A stretch of DNA of 64,000 nucleotides from Alphaproteobacteria bacterium. GTDB taxonomy: Bacteria; Pseudomonadota; Alphaproteobacteria; UBA6615. Positions 38,716 to 48,742 of this stretch are shown here, piece by piece. The position numbers and the translations under genes were made by a program. The notes below the pieces were generated by a model. The model was given only the letters and a program-made list of their open reading frames with translations, did no database searches and had not been told where the DNA came from. Within the stretch, counting starts at the first letter, position 1. Each line of letters starts with the position of its first letter. The stretch lies in the NCBI GenBank assembly GCA_965261975.1, contig CBDHEC010000003.1:32001-96000 (forward strand), given 5' to 3'.

Positions 38716-39129
38716 ATGGCAAACAACGCGACAGCAGCCGTAGAACCGGTTGGACTTACCGACTATTTCGTCCAGGAAGACGGCGTCACATTTGCCGGCC
38801 GTCACATGCTGGTGGACCTGTGGGGGGCCGAAAACCTTACCGACATCGTCTATATCGAGCGGGCCCTGCGCGAGGCTGCAGACGCGGCAAAGGCGACGGT
38901 GCTAGCCGTCAAGCTTCATCAGTATTCGGATTCGGGCGGCGTGTCGGGTGTCGCGATCCTGGCCGAAAGCCATATCTCGATCCACACATGGCCCGAGCGC
39001 GATTATGCAGCCCTCGACATCTTCATGTGCGGCCAATGCAACCCGCGTGATTCGCTACCAGTGCTGGAAACTGCCTTCGACGCGACCTCCGTCTCCGTGA
39101 ACGAAATACGCCGGGGTGTTGTGGCTTGA
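38716..39129 (+). CDS. speD: S-adenosylmethionine decarboxylase proenzyme
   Basis: GRHMLVDL, GVSGVAILAESHISIHTWPE (pyruvoyl ES site), DIFMCG. Confidence 0.95.
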   Translation: MANNATAAVEPVGLTDYFVQEDGVTFAGRHMLVDLWGAENLTDIVYIERALREAADAAKATVLAVKLHQYSDSGGVSGVAILAESHISIHTWPERDYAALDIFMCGQCNPRDSLPVLETAFDATSVSVNEIRRGVVA

Positions 39130-39989
39130 GCGACAGGTGGGCCTGGTTTGACGAGCCGCTCGGCGTCGGCCTGCAACTGGGCGTGCAGATCGAGGACATT
39201 GTCTTCCGCGAAACCACCGAACATCAGGATCTGGTGATCTATGAAACGATCCAATGGGGCCGCGTCATGGCCCTCGACGGCATCATGCAGGTCTGCGAGC
39301 GCGACGAGTTCATCTATCACGAGATGCTGACCCATGTGCCGATGCTGGCGCATGGAAACGTCCGCAACGTCTGCATCATCGGTGGCGGCGACGGGGGCAT
39401 ATTGCGCGAGGCGCTGAAACACCCGGTGGACCAGGCGACCATGGTCGAAATCGACGCGTCGGTCGTGGCCTTGTGCGCCGAGCACCTGCCCGGCATCTCG
39501 AACGGCGCATTCAACGATCCGCGCGCCGATATCGTGATCGCCGACGGCGCGAAGTTCATCGCCGAAACCGACCGCCTCTTCGACGTCATCATCGTCGACT
39601 CGACGGACCCGATCGGGCCGGGCGAAGTGCTGTTCACGTCTGAATTCTACGGACACTGCAAATCCCGGCTGACCGACGGCGGCGTCATCGTGACCCAGAG
39701 CGGTGTCGCGATGATCCAGGGCGACGAGCTGGCCACTACCGTGCGGCGTCTGGGCGAACATTTCGCCGATGCCGGTGCCTATATCGCGCCGGTACCGACC
39801 TATGTCGGCGGTTTCATGGCCTTCGGATGGGGTACGGACAACCCTGACCTGCGCAAACCACCCGCCGGCGCGCTTGCCGAACGTTACAAACAGGCCGATA
39901 TCCAGACCCAATACTACAATGCCGATCTGCACGTCGGGGCGTTCGCGCTGCCGACCTATATCGCTGAACATGTGGAGACCGCCCGATGA
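39126..39989 (+). CDS. speE: Polyamine aminopropyltransferase (spermidine synthase)
   Basis: LDGIMQ, DEFIYHEM, IIGGGDGG, VEID, DVIIVDSTDP. Confidence 0.95.
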   Translation: MSDRWAWFDEPLGVGLQLGVQIEDIVFRETTEHQDLVIYETIQWGRVMALDGIMQVCERDEFIYHEMLTHVPMLAHGNVRNVCIIGGGDGGILREALKHPVDQATMVEIDASVVALCAEHLPGISNGAFNDPRADIVIADGAKFIAETDRLFDVIIVDSTDPIGPGEVLFTSEFYGHCKSRLTDGGVIVTQSGVAMIQGDELATTVRRLGEHFADAGAYIAPVPTYVGGFMAFGWGTDNPDLRKPPAGALAERYKQADIQTQYYNADLHVGAFALPTYIAEHVETAR

Positions 39990-40588
39990 GCGACCCTATC
40001 AAGTTCTATTTCGCCTGCATTTCACCCTGGTCCTATCTGGCCGTTGACGCCCTCAAGGAGCTCGCCGACAAGCATGGGCGCACGATCGCCTACAAGCCAA
40101 CCGATGTCGGTCGCGCCTGGGGCGAGACCGGCGCAGGACGCCCGCTTGGTGACAGGCCGACCGTGCTTCAGGCCTACCGTCTCGTCGAGCTGCCACGCTG
40201 GTCCAAATGGCGCGGTGTGCCGCTCAACACACAACCGGCGCATTTCCCGGCCCCCTATCATTTGTCCTCAGGCGTGATTATCGCGGCGGGCCAGGCGGGC
40301 CACGATCAGTATGAAATCACCCGCGCCCTGGCGCGCGGCTGCTGGGCCGACGAAAAGAATATCGGCGACCCGGACGAAGTCACCGCGATCGCCAATGGCG
40401 TCGGGCTCGATGGCGCGGCACTTGTCGCGGCGGCCGAATCCGAGGCCGTCACCGCGGAACTCGCAGCAAATACCGACGAATCTCTCGCTGATGGTGTCTG
40501 GAGCGTCCCGTCCTTCGTGGTCGATGGCGAACCGTTCTTCGGCCAGGATCGCATCGAGATGATGGACTGGCGCCTGTCCGGAAACTGA
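39986..40588 (+). CDS. 2-hydroxychromene-2-carboxylate isomerase / kappa-class GST (DsbA-like)
   Basis: FYFACISPWSYLA, GVWSVPSFVVDGEPFFGQDR. Confidence 0.85.
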   Translation: MSDPIKFYFACISPWSYLAVDALKELADKHGRTIAYKPTDVGRAWGETGAGRPLGDRPTVLQAYRLVELPRWSKWRGVPLNTQPAHFPAPYHLSSGVIIAAGQAGHDQYEITRALARGCWADEKNIGDPDEVTAIANGVGLDGAALVAAAESEAVTAELAANTDESLADGVWSVPSFVVDGEPFFGQDRIEMMDWRLSGN

Positions 40589-40634
40589 CCGACGCCCCCT
40601 TGCGCGAGCCACGCGCACAGGGATTAACTGTCGT

Positions 40635-41459
40635 ATGGACATCATTATAGAACTGGCGCCACTCGCGGCCGTGCTCATCGCGACAGGTTGCATCGCCGGT
40701 ATCCTCGCCGGGCTCCTCGGCGTGGGCGGCGGGATCATCGTCGTGCCGGTACTGTTCACCATGCTGGGGCTCATCGATATCGACGAGTCCGTTCGCATGC
40801 ATGTGGCCGTCGGCACCTCGTTGGCCAGCATCGTCATCACGTCGGTGATCTCCGCCCGCTCCCATCACCGGCGCGGGGCCGTTGATACTGACCTCCTGAA
40901 GAAATGGGGCATCTGGATTCTGCTCGGCTCCGTCGCCGGCACGCTGATCGCCGGCGCGGTCGACGGCCCCGTCCTCAGCATGGTCTTCGCCTTCGTCGCG
41001 CTCGCGGTCGCGATCTATATGGCGGTGACCTCGGCGGAATTCCGTTTTCGCGACAGCTTGCCCGGCGGAACCGCGGGGCAATCCTCGGACTTCGTCATCG
41101 GCGGTCTTTCCGCGATGATGGGAATCGGTGGCGGCACCCTGTGCGTGCCCTATTTCAACGCCTTCGGTTTTCCCGTGCATCGCGCGGTCGGTACCGCCGC
41201 CGCGATCGGACTCGTCATCGCGCTTCCCGCCACCATCGGGTTCGTCGCGACGGGTTGGGGAATACCCGCCCTTCCCGAAGCCAGTGTCGGCCATGTGAAC
41301 CTGCTCGGTTTGGTCCTGATCGCACCGTTCACGTCGCTGACCGCGCCGCTGGGCGTGCGGCTGGCCCACCGCCTGAGCGCGCGGGAACTCAAACTACTGT
41401 TTTCATTATTTCTTTTTGCCACCTCGGCCCGCATGATGGTGGCGCTTTTCCTCGCCTAG
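40635..41459 (+). CDS. Sulfite exporter TauE/SafE family membrane protein
   Basis: AGLLGVGGGIIVVP, GTSLA, MMGIGGG, AVGTAA. Confidence 0.9.
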   Translation: MDIIIELAPLAAVLIATGCIAGILAGLLGVGGGIIVVPVLFTMLGLIDIDESVRMHVAVGTSLASIVITSVISARSHHRRGAVDTDLLKKWGIWILLGSVAGTLIAGAVDGPVLSMVFAFVALAVAIYMAVTSAEFRFRDSLPGGTAGQSSDFVIGGLSAMMGIGGGTLCVPYFNAFGFPVHRAVGTAAAIGLVIALPATIGFVATGWGIPALPEASVGHVNLLGLVLIAPFTSLTAPLGVRLAHRLSARELKLLFSLFLFATSARMMVALFLA

Positions 41460-41468
41460 ACAGGCCTG

Positions 41469-42035
41469 CTAACGGGACTTGGCGTTTGCGCCGAGCCACG
41501 CCAAGGCCTCCGCAAGCGATCCTACGATCGCATCCGCACGCGAACCGGTTGTGTCTTCGGTGCCGTCGAGCAGCAGTCGAGTTCCGACACCGCCGTTGAT
41601 ACCGGCCTCGATGTCGGTTTCGCGATCCCCGATGATCACGGACGCCGCCATGTCGATGTTGAATGCGTCGCGCGCCTTGAACAGCATGCCGGGGCCGGGT
41701 TTCCGGTCCGGCGATTCCCGCTTGTACACGCCGATTCCCTCGTCGGGGTGGGTGGGCGAGAAATAGGTGCGGGCGATCTCGATGCCCTTGTCCCGAAACT
41801 GCTCTTCGACCCAGGCCGTCAGCGTGTGGAATTGCTGCTCGGTATAAAGACCCCGGCCGATCCCGGCCTGATTGGTCACGATGACGAGTAGATACCCCAT
41901 TTCCTGAGCAGCGAGGCAGGCATCGAAGACACCTTCGAAGAAGATGAAATCCTCGATGCGCCAAATGTAACCGCTGTCGACATTGATCACGCCGTCACGG
42001 TCCAGGAAAAGCGCCTTCACATGATCTTTCGGCAT
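41469..42035 (-). CDS. gmhB: D-glycero-D-manno-heptose 1,7-bisphosphate phosphatase-like HAD hydrolase
   Basis: LFLDRDGVIN, VTNQAGIGRG, RKPGPGM, IGDRETD. Confidence 0.85.
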   Translation of the reverse strand: MPKDHVKALFLDRDGVINVDSGYIWRIEDFIFFEGVFDACLAAQEMGYLLVIVTNQAGIGRGLYTEQQFHTLTAWVEEQFRDKGIEIARTYFSPTHPDEGIGVYKRESPDRKPGPGMLFKARDAFNIDMAASVIIGDRETDIEAGINGGVGTRLLLDGTEDTTGSRADAIVGSLAEALAWLGANAKSR

Positions 42036-42043
42036 GTGGGAGC

Positions 42044-43711
42044 TTACTCGGCCGCGTTCCGCACCCGCTCGCGCAGCTGCGAAAGGGTAAAGTTGCTCGC
42101 GATCAGTTCCTGATCGACGACAAGTTCAATCACCGCCGGGCGACCCGCCGCAAGCGCACGCTCCATTGCAGGCTTGAACTCTTCGGTCGTCCGCACCTGT
42201 TCACCCTGCGCGCCAAATGATTCTGCCCAAGCCACGAAATCCGGATTGCGCAGATGGGTCGCGATCTCGCGGCCTGGATACTCGCGCTCCTCATGCATCC
42301 GAATGGTGCCGTACATGCTGTTGTTGGCAATAATCAGGACAATCGGCAGGTCATACTGAACCGCGGTCGCAAGTTCATTGCCGGTCATCAGGATACCGCC
42401 ATCACCGGCGTAACAAATCACGGGAACATCCGGGCGCGCCGTCTTGGCGGCAATGGCCGCGGGCATGCCATAGCCCATGGATCCGTTCGCGGGGCCCAGT
42501 TGGGTCCGGTAGGTTCGGAACTTGAAGAAGCGGCTGGTCCAGCCGGCGAAGTTGCCGGCATCCGTGGTGATGATCGCCTCGTCGGGTAGGATATCGCGCA
42601 GCTGGACGAAGAGTTCTGCCGGGTTCAGGGGCCCCGGCACGTCCACGGGCACCGTCCAGGCCTCAAAATCATCGCGGCCTGCCTTGAGCCACGCCGCCCA
42701 ACGAGCGGGGTCGAGTTGCAGGCTCCGTCGCGCCTTCGAAACGAAGGCACCAATCCCCGAGGCGATTGGCAAATCGGCCTGAAACACACGCCCGAGTTCA
42801 CTGTGGTCGGGGTAGACATGGATCATGGTCTGATCCGGCCGGGGGGCTTTCACGATGGTGAAGGCCTGGGACGTTGTTTCCCCCAAACGCGCGCCCACCA
42901 CCAGCAACAGGTCGGCATCCATCACACGCTGGGTGAGTTTCGGATTGGTGTTGTACCCGAGTTCTCCGACGAAGTTCGGGTGGTCATTGTTGAAAATATC
43001 CATGACCCGAAACGACGATACGGCCGGCAGGCCATTCGATTCGCAAAACACCTCGAAGTCGGCGCAAATCTCGGCCGACCATCCACCGCCTCCGAAAATT
43101 ATCAGCGGACGTTCGGCCGCCGACAAAAGCTCGCGCACACGCGTCATGTCCGCGTCGGTCGGTTCCGGCATGGCATGGGACGCAACCTTCGCGTCCATGA
43201 CGTCGACCTCATCTGTCAGCATATCTTCGGGCAGCGACACCACCACGGGTCCCGGCCTGCCACCTGCCGCGACCGCGAAGGCACGCGCCGTGACCTCGGG
43301 CATCCGGGCCGCGTCATCCACTTCGACCGCCCATTTGGCGACCGGTGCGAACATCGCCTCGAAGTCGATCTCCTGAAATGCCTCGCGACGGCGAAACTCG
43401 CGCGGCACCTGGCCCACGAACAAGATCATCGGTGAGGAATCCTGCAGCGCCGTGTGAACACCGATGCTGGCATTGCATGCCCCGGGGCCACGCGTCACGA
43501 ATGCGATGCCCGGTTTGCCGGTCAGCTTGCCATAAGCCTCGGCAGCATAGGCCGCGCCGTTCTCATGGCGGCAGGTGATGACCCGGACGGAATCCCGAAC
43601 GTCATACAAGGCGTCCAAAGCGGCGAGATAACTCTCCCCTGGTACACAGAAAACCGTGTCGACCCCGTGCAAAACCAAGGTATCGACCAAAACCTGACCA
43701 CCTGTGCGCAA
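42044..43711 (-). CDS. Thiamine pyrophosphate-binding protein (acetolactate synthase large-subunit-like)
   Basis: FCVPGESYL, CRHE, VTRGPGACN, FQE, GSMGYG, GDGG...NN TPP motif. The start is uncertain (TTG 43711 vs 43729). Confidence 0.9.
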   Translation of the reverse strand: MRTGGQVLVDTLVLHGVDTVFCVPGESYLAALDALYDVRDSVRVITCRHENGAAYAAEAYGKLTGKPGIAFVTRGPGACNASIGVHTALQDSSPMILFVGQVPREFRRREAFQEIDFEAMFAPVAKWAVEVDDAARMPEVTARAFAVAAGGRPGPVVVSLPEDMLTDEVDVMDAKVASHAMPEPTDADMTRVRELLSAAERPLIIFGGGGWSAEICADFEVFCESNGLPAVSSFRVMDIFNNDHPNFVGELGYNTNPKLTQRVMDADLLLVVGARLGETTSQAFTIVKAPRPDQTMIHVYPDHSELGRVFQADLPIASGIGAFVSKARRSLQLDPARWAAWLKAGRDDFEAWTVPVDVPGPLNPAELFVQLRDILPDEAIITTDAGNFAGWTSRFFKFRTYRTQLGPANGSMGYGMPAAIAAKTARPDVPVICYAGDGGILMTGNELATAVQYDLPIVLIIANNSMYGTIRMHEEREYPGREIATHLRNPDFVAWAESFGAQGEQVRTTEEFKPAMERALAAGRPAVIELVVDQELIASNFTLSQLRERVRNAAE

Positions 43712-43879
43712 AATGACCCCCTGCCACAAACATTTGAAATTGTTGAATTATTAACGGTATAGACCGCCAAAAAAATCTTGGCGGGAGAGTATCATCTTGC
43801 GCCGCTCGGGCAAACCGGACGTGTTAGTATCATTGTAGGTTCGGGTTTTGGTCTGCCGCCAGAAAGGCCGCGTGCTTTC

Positions 43880-44809
43880 ATGGTTACGATTCCAACATCA
43901 CCAAAGGACCCCACTGTCTATATCGTGGGCGAGAGCGCCGAGAACGAGCTGCTTCGCGCGTTGATCGAGATCGCGCTCAAGACCCTGAAATTCGGCTCCT
44001 GCGCCGTCGAAGAGCTTCAGACCGCAGCCGAAGTAAGCGCTGCCGATCGCGGCGTTATCCTTGAGTTCCTGCAGGATGAGTACAACGCGCGTGGCGCGTT
44101 TATCGCCGGACTGGCTACGCAGTTCCTCGACGAGGCGAGCGATGCCTATGACGCGATCGACGATGCTTGTCGGCTTCTTGGCGAGGTCGGCGTGGTCGTC
44201 AGGCAACCGGGCTTGCTCAGGGCCGCGGCGCCGCGCCTCGAAGCGGCGACCCGCGCGATCGACAAGATCTTGCCGAAGGACACCCCCGAACTCCTCATTC
44301 TCGGCGCCAACCACGATGCGCGCGCCGTGGCCGCAGCCGTTACGATGGGCGCCTGCAAGGCCCATCCGGTGAAGGTGACGATCGCGAGCACCAACGCGAA
44401 AGGGCTCGCGGATGTACGCCAACGCATCGCCGGTCAGGTTAGTCAGGGTGTGCTCGAGATACGCCATGTCGAGAGTCCCGCCGAGCATGATCGGCTGTTG
44501 GCGCTGATGCCGCCGCGAAGCGCGGTGATCGACGCGAGCCGGAGCGAGTATGGTGCCAATGCCGCGGTGGGAAGCGCTGCCCTTTTTCCCGCGCAGGGCA
44601 TCGTCTGCGACATGCTTTCCCCGGCCGGCAAATCGCGCATCCTCGCGGAAGCCGTGCAACAGCGAAGCGCATCGGATCTGACCATCCACGACGGCCGGAT
44701 ATACACGCTCGAACGTCGCGTCGCGATCTTGCAGACCATGTTCGCAGAAGGTGCGACCGACGCCCAGCGTCGGGCATTGCGCAAGGCCCTGGAAAAGTTC
44801 GACGGATAA
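43880..44809 (+). CDS. Divergent shikimate-dehydrogenase-fold protein, probably non-catalytic
   Basis: Layout resembles AroE-like proteins (LLILGA, VTIAST, AVIDAS, VCDM, IHDG), but the hallmark residues are altered. Recognised by eye only. Confidence 0.5.
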   Translation: MVTIPTSPKDPTVYIVGESAENELLRALIEIALKTLKFGSCAVEELQTAAEVSAADRGVILEFLQDEYNARGAFIAGLATQFLDEASDAYDAIDDACRLLGEVGVVVRQPGLLRAAAPRLEAATRAIDKILPKDTPELLILGANHDARAVAAAVTMGACKAHPVKVTIASTNAKGLADVRQRIAGQVSQGVLEIRHVESPAEHDRLLALMPPRSAVIDASRSEYGANAAVGSAALFPAQGIVCDMLSPAGKSRILAEAVQQRSASDLTIHDGRIYTLERRVAILQTMFAEGATDAQRRALRKALEKFDG

Positions 44810-44816
44810 AGCGCCG

Positions 44817-46862
44817 TTAGCGGAGTGCGGCCTCGATGTTGCCGCCATCGACCGTGAGAACGGCTGCCGTGGTCTTGTCGGCCAGCGCCAGGTCAACAAA
44901 GGCCTGCGCGACATCCTGTGCATTCACTTCGCGCCCCAGCAGATTGCCGGCCAAATACGCCTCTTCCGTGAGACCACGCGCCGCCAAACGGTCACGAACC
45001 ATCTCGTCGGTGAGAAGACCGCTTCGAATCCGGTCGGCGTTGACCGCATTGGAACGAATGCCCTCCGCACCATGATCGAGCGCGTACTGGCGTGACAGGA
45101 AGAGTGTCGCGGCCTTGGGGAGCCCATACGGCCCGAAATCACGCCCCGGATTAACCGCCTGCTTGGAAGTGTTGAACAACAGAACGCCGCCCGTCGCCTG
45201 GGCCTGCATGACCGCAACCGCGGCCTGGGCGACGCGTTGATGGGCGAAGAAATTCAGCTCGAAACTCTTTCGCAGGACCGAATCATCGATCTCCCCGATC
45301 GTGCCTTGCCACGCAGCGCCCGCGTTCGAGACGAGAATATCGAGACCGCCGAAACGTTCGCAGATCGCAGCGAAGGCCCGCTTCACATCACGATCGCTGG
45401 TCACGTCGCAGGCAAGGGCGAGCCCGCCGATTTTCTCAGCGAGGGGCCCCACGGCGGCAAGATCAAGGTCAAGCAACGCGACATCGGCACCCGCGTCTAC
45501 GAAAGCCTGCGCGGTAGCCTGACCGATCACGCCCCCGGCGCCGGTAACCACGACCACCCGGCGGGCAAGCGGCTTTTCCTTCGCCGACCCCAGCTTTGCC
45601 TGCTCGAGGGACCAATGCTCGATCTCGAACATCCGTGCCTCCGAGATCGACCGGAAACTTCCAATCGCCTCGGCGTCGGTGATCACTTCGATGTTGTTCT
45701 CGTAAACGTCGGCCGCGACGTCTGCCGCTTTGGCGCTTACGCCGGCCGCGAAGAAACCGATCCCGGGAACCAGCAGCACACGCGGCACGGGATCAAGCGG
45801 AGTTCGCGGATCGGCTGGATCGTTCTGGCGCTCGAAATACTTGCGATAGGCGGTCTCGTAACGCGTGATCGCGCGCGCGGCACCACGGAAAAACCCATCC
45901 ATGTCTGTTTTGTCAGGCGTTGGCAGAATAACCGGTTTGGGTTTGATCCGGATCGCATGATCCGGCGTCACCGTACCCTGCTGGCTGTAGCGCTTCGCTG
46001 CCGGATCGGACACGAAGCGGCGGATCGCCGGGCTGGTCCGAAATGTCATGACCAGCCGATCTGTCTGCTCCCCCTTCCCTTGCGCCAGCATCCCCCGCAA
46101 ATGCGGCGCGATGGCGGCCGCCCGGGCCAGCCGCGGGCTTGTCGCGGGTTTGGCAAATACCGGGCTCCGCCGCTCGGTGCGAAGCCGGCGCTCGGCAAGG
46201 CTCACGAGATCGATCATCCGGCCATAGGCCTCTTCTGCACTCTCGCCGAAAGTAAAGATGCCGTGCTTCAGCAGAATCAAACCCTCGACGTCGGGATGCC
46301 TCGCGTGCACCCGCGCGCATGCCTTGGCCAGCGCGAAACCCGGCATGATGTAGGGCACGAGCGCGGCGCGCTCGCCATACACATCGCGGCAGATGTCGGC
46401 GCCATCCGGCTGGTCGGTCAGGGCGAGCACGGCCGTCGAATGCGTGTGGTCGACAAACTTATGCGGCAGGAACGCATGCAACAGGGTCTCGACCGACGGG
46501 TTGGGGGCCTTGGAATCGAGCAGGTTCCGGCGTTGAACATTGACCATTTCCGCATCGCCGAGGCGGTCGAGCGAAAACAACTCGCGCAGCGGTTCAAGCC
46601 GGACTGCCGGGAGGCCCGCCGGCTCTATATCGCCCATGTCCCATCCGCTGCCCTTCACACACAGGACATCGACGGCCTCACCGGTGATATCCAACGCGGT
46701 CGTTTTGACCGAGGTGTTGCCCCCGCCATGCAGAACCAGCCGGGGATCACTACCGAGCAGGCGCGTGGTGTGGACGCGCCGGGCAATGTCGGCGTTGACG
46801 CCCTGGGCGCGGTATCGGCGGACATAAGCGCGCGCCTCGCGCGCCGACCAGAGATTCTTCAT
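44817..46862 (-). CDS. Bifunctional class II aldolase / short-chain dehydrogenase
   Basis: HGGGNTSVK, VKGSGWD, PSVETLLH, HTH, KHG, TPDH, EQAKL, followed by an SDR domain (TGAGGVIG, SNAG, YGLPK). Confidence 0.92.
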   Translation of the reverse strand: MKNLWSAREARAYVRRYRAQGVNADIARRVHTTRLLGSDPRLVLHGGGNTSVKTTALDITGEAVDVLCVKGSGWDMGDIEPAGLPAVRLEPLRELFSLDRLGDAEMVNVQRRNLLDSKAPNPSVETLLHAFLPHKFVDHTHSTAVLALTDQPDGADICRDVYGERAALVPYIMPGFALAKACARVHARHPDVEGLILLKHGIFTFGESAEEAYGRMIDLVSLAERRLRTERRSPVFAKPATSPRLARAAAIAPHLRGMLAQGKGEQTDRLVMTFRTSPAIRRFVSDPAAKRYSQQGTVTPDHAIRIKPKPVILPTPDKTDMDGFFRGAARAITRYETAYRKYFERQNDPADPRTPLDPVPRVLLVPGIGFFAAGVSAKAADVAADVYENNIEVITDAEAIGSFRSISEARMFEIEHWSLEQAKLGSAKEKPLARRVVVVTGAGGVIGQATAQAFVDAGADVALLDLDLAAVGPLAEKIGGLALACDVTSDRDVKRAFAAICERFGGLDILVSNAGAAWQGTIGEIDDSVLRKSFELNFFAHQRVAQAAVAVMQAQATGGVLLFNTSKQAVNPGRDFGPYGLPKAATLFLSRQYALDHGAEGIRSNAVNADRIRSGLLTDEMVRDRLAARGLTEEAYLAGNLLGREVNAQDVAQAFVDLALADKTTAAVLTVDGGNIEAALR

Positions 46863-46888
46863 CGGCCGGACTCCATGCTTATCGGCCC

Positions 46889-47797
46889 CTAGAGATATTC
46901 ATCGAACCAGGCCAGCGCCTCGGCCTTCTGGATCGCGTGCTTCTCGGCGTTACAGAACTGATAGGATTCGTAATGCTGGGCCTCGGGAAGCTTCACCAGC
47001 TTCTTGGGTTCTCCGAGAGCCGCGTAACAGGACAACTGCTCCTGGGGCGGCACGAGGTTGTCATTCTCCGCGTAGATCATCAGAACCGGGCGCGGCGATA
47101 TGCGATGCGCCACCCATTCGGGCTTGTAGCGCATGTTTGCGGCCGCGCTCTCCAGGTCATATTCCGGGTTGTAACGCGTGCTCTTCGAATGGAACTGATC
47201 CAGCACCATCTGGGTGTGTGGGTCTGTCAGCATGATTTCAGGCAGGGGAATCTTCGTCGTCTCGCCGGTCAGGACGCGCTTGCGCTCGGCCTCCGCGACC
47301 TTCGCCTTGAAGCCCTGCCACTCGTGTGGCCGGCGGACCGATTCCATCCAGCGTTCGCCGTCCGAGACCATGACGGCCGACACGACGACCTTCACCCGCT
47401 CGTCGAACGCCGCACACCAGATCGCATGCGCGCCGCCATAGCTTGAGCCGTAGTAGCCGATCCGTTCCGGGTCGACCCCGTCGATGGTTTGCAGATAGGT
47501 GACGCCGTCATAGATGCTCTGGGCCTGTTCGAGGGGCCGGTGCCGCCCGCGCTCCCCCTCACTGACACCAAAACCCGGATAATCGTGAGACAGGACGAAA
47601 TAACCCGATTCCCAGAGCCATTGCGGGACATCCATGCCGTAGACGTCCTTCATTCCCGAATATCCATGGAGCACGCAAATCGCCGGACGTGGCGGATCAC
47701 CCGGCTTCCAGTCCTTCGGCCGGTAGAGATAGGCGGCGATCTTCTTGCCGTCGGAGTAAAACTCGACCTCGTCCCAAACCTGCTCATAGTCGGTCAT
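46889..47797 (-). CDS. Alpha/beta fold hydrolase
   Basis: LHGYSG, DYPGFGVSEG, GSSYGG nucleophile elbow, Asp in ENDNLV, His in QHY. Confidence 0.88.
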   Translation of the reverse strand: MTDYEQVWDEVEFYSDGKKIAAYLYRPKDWKPGDPPRPAICVLHGYSGMKDVYGMDVPQWLWESGYFVLSHDYPGFGVSEGERGRHRPLEQAQSIYDGVTYLQTIDGVDPERIGYYGSSYGGAHAIWCAAFDERVKVVVSAVMVSDGERWMESVRRPHEWQGFKAKVAEAERKRVLTGETTKIPLPEIMLTDPHTQMVLDQFHSKSTRYNPEYDLESAAANMRYKPEWVAHRISPRPVLMIYAENDNLVPPQEQLSCYAALGEPKKLVKLPEAQHYESYQFCNAEKHAIQKAEALAWFDEYL

Positions 47798-47832
47798 GCC
47801 AGCCTCCCGTGATCAACGTTGGCAAGTCTCGA

Positions 47833-48720
47833 TTACAGGGCGTCGTACCAGGCGGCAAGCGCCTTGCCGATGTCGTGGGGCGAATCTTCCTGGGGATGGT
47901 GGCGTCCGCGCACCACCACCTCGGTGTGGTTCGACCATGAGCGCAGGACTTCAAGGTCACGCTCGAATACGATCTGACCGGGCTCGACATTGATGAACAG
48001 CTTCGGGACGTCGTTGGTCTGCATCCAGTCCGACAGCGTATCCATCAGTTCGGCAACATCGGCGGGGTCGCCCTCGATCGGGATTTGCCGGGGCCATGAA
48101 AGCGTCGCGCGGCGGCTCTCACCAGGCTCCTTATAGGGCCGCAACACCTCGGCCATCGTCTCTTCGTCGATCTCCCGGATCACGCCGGCCGTGAAGACCT
48201 TCTCGACAAAGAAGTTCTCCTCGAGCACCAGCCGCTCGCCTTCCGGCGTCCGGAGCAACTTGAGCATGTCTCCCACGGCATTGGGATAGTCGTCATAACT
48301 GTCATGGTTGCAGACCAATACCTCGCTATAGGCGAGCGCCTTGATGCTGTCCGCATGACGATGGGCCCAGCTCATGCCCAGGGGACCGCCCCAGTCATGC
48401 ATGACGAATGTCACATTCTCGCTGACACCGAGTGCGGCGAGCGTGCCGTCGATATAGGTCTGATGTTCGGCCAGCGTGTAACTATCAGGTCCCGAGTTCG
48501 GCAGCCGCGCGGAATCGCCCTGGCCGATATTGTCGATCGCGATCAGCCGGCCCCGGCCCTCCAGATACGGCATGATATTGCGCCACATGCAGGACGATGT
48601 GGCGTTGCCATGCAGGAACACGATGGGGTCCCCCGTGCCGTGTTCGGCATAGGCCATTTTCTGACCGTTCACCTCGACGGCGGCTTTCGCATAAGGCATG
48701 CGGGGACTGATGTCGTTCAT
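47833..48720 (-). CDS. Haloalkane dehalogenase (LinB/DhaA-like), copy 2, 295 aa
   Basis: HGNATSSCMWRNIMP, MHDWGG, ENFFVE, RRATLSWPRQIP, PKLFI, HHPQEDSP. Confidence 0.88.
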   Translation of the reverse strand: MNDISPRMPYAKAAVEVNGQKMAYAEHGTGDPIVFLHGNATSSCMWRNIMPYLEGRGRLIAIDNIGQGDSARLPNSGPDSYTLAEHQTYIDGTLAALGVSENVTFVMHDWGGPLGMSWAHRHADSIKALAYSEVLVCNHDSYDDYPNAVGDMLKLLRTPEGERLVLEENFFVEKVFTAGVIREIDEETMAEVLRPYKEPGESRRATLSWPRQIPIEGDPADVAELMDTLSDWMQTNDVPKLFINVEPGQIVFERDLEVLRSWSNHTEVVVRGRHHPQEDSPHDIGKALAAWYDAL

Positions 48721-48742
48721 GTCGTCATCCTTGTTGGGGAGT

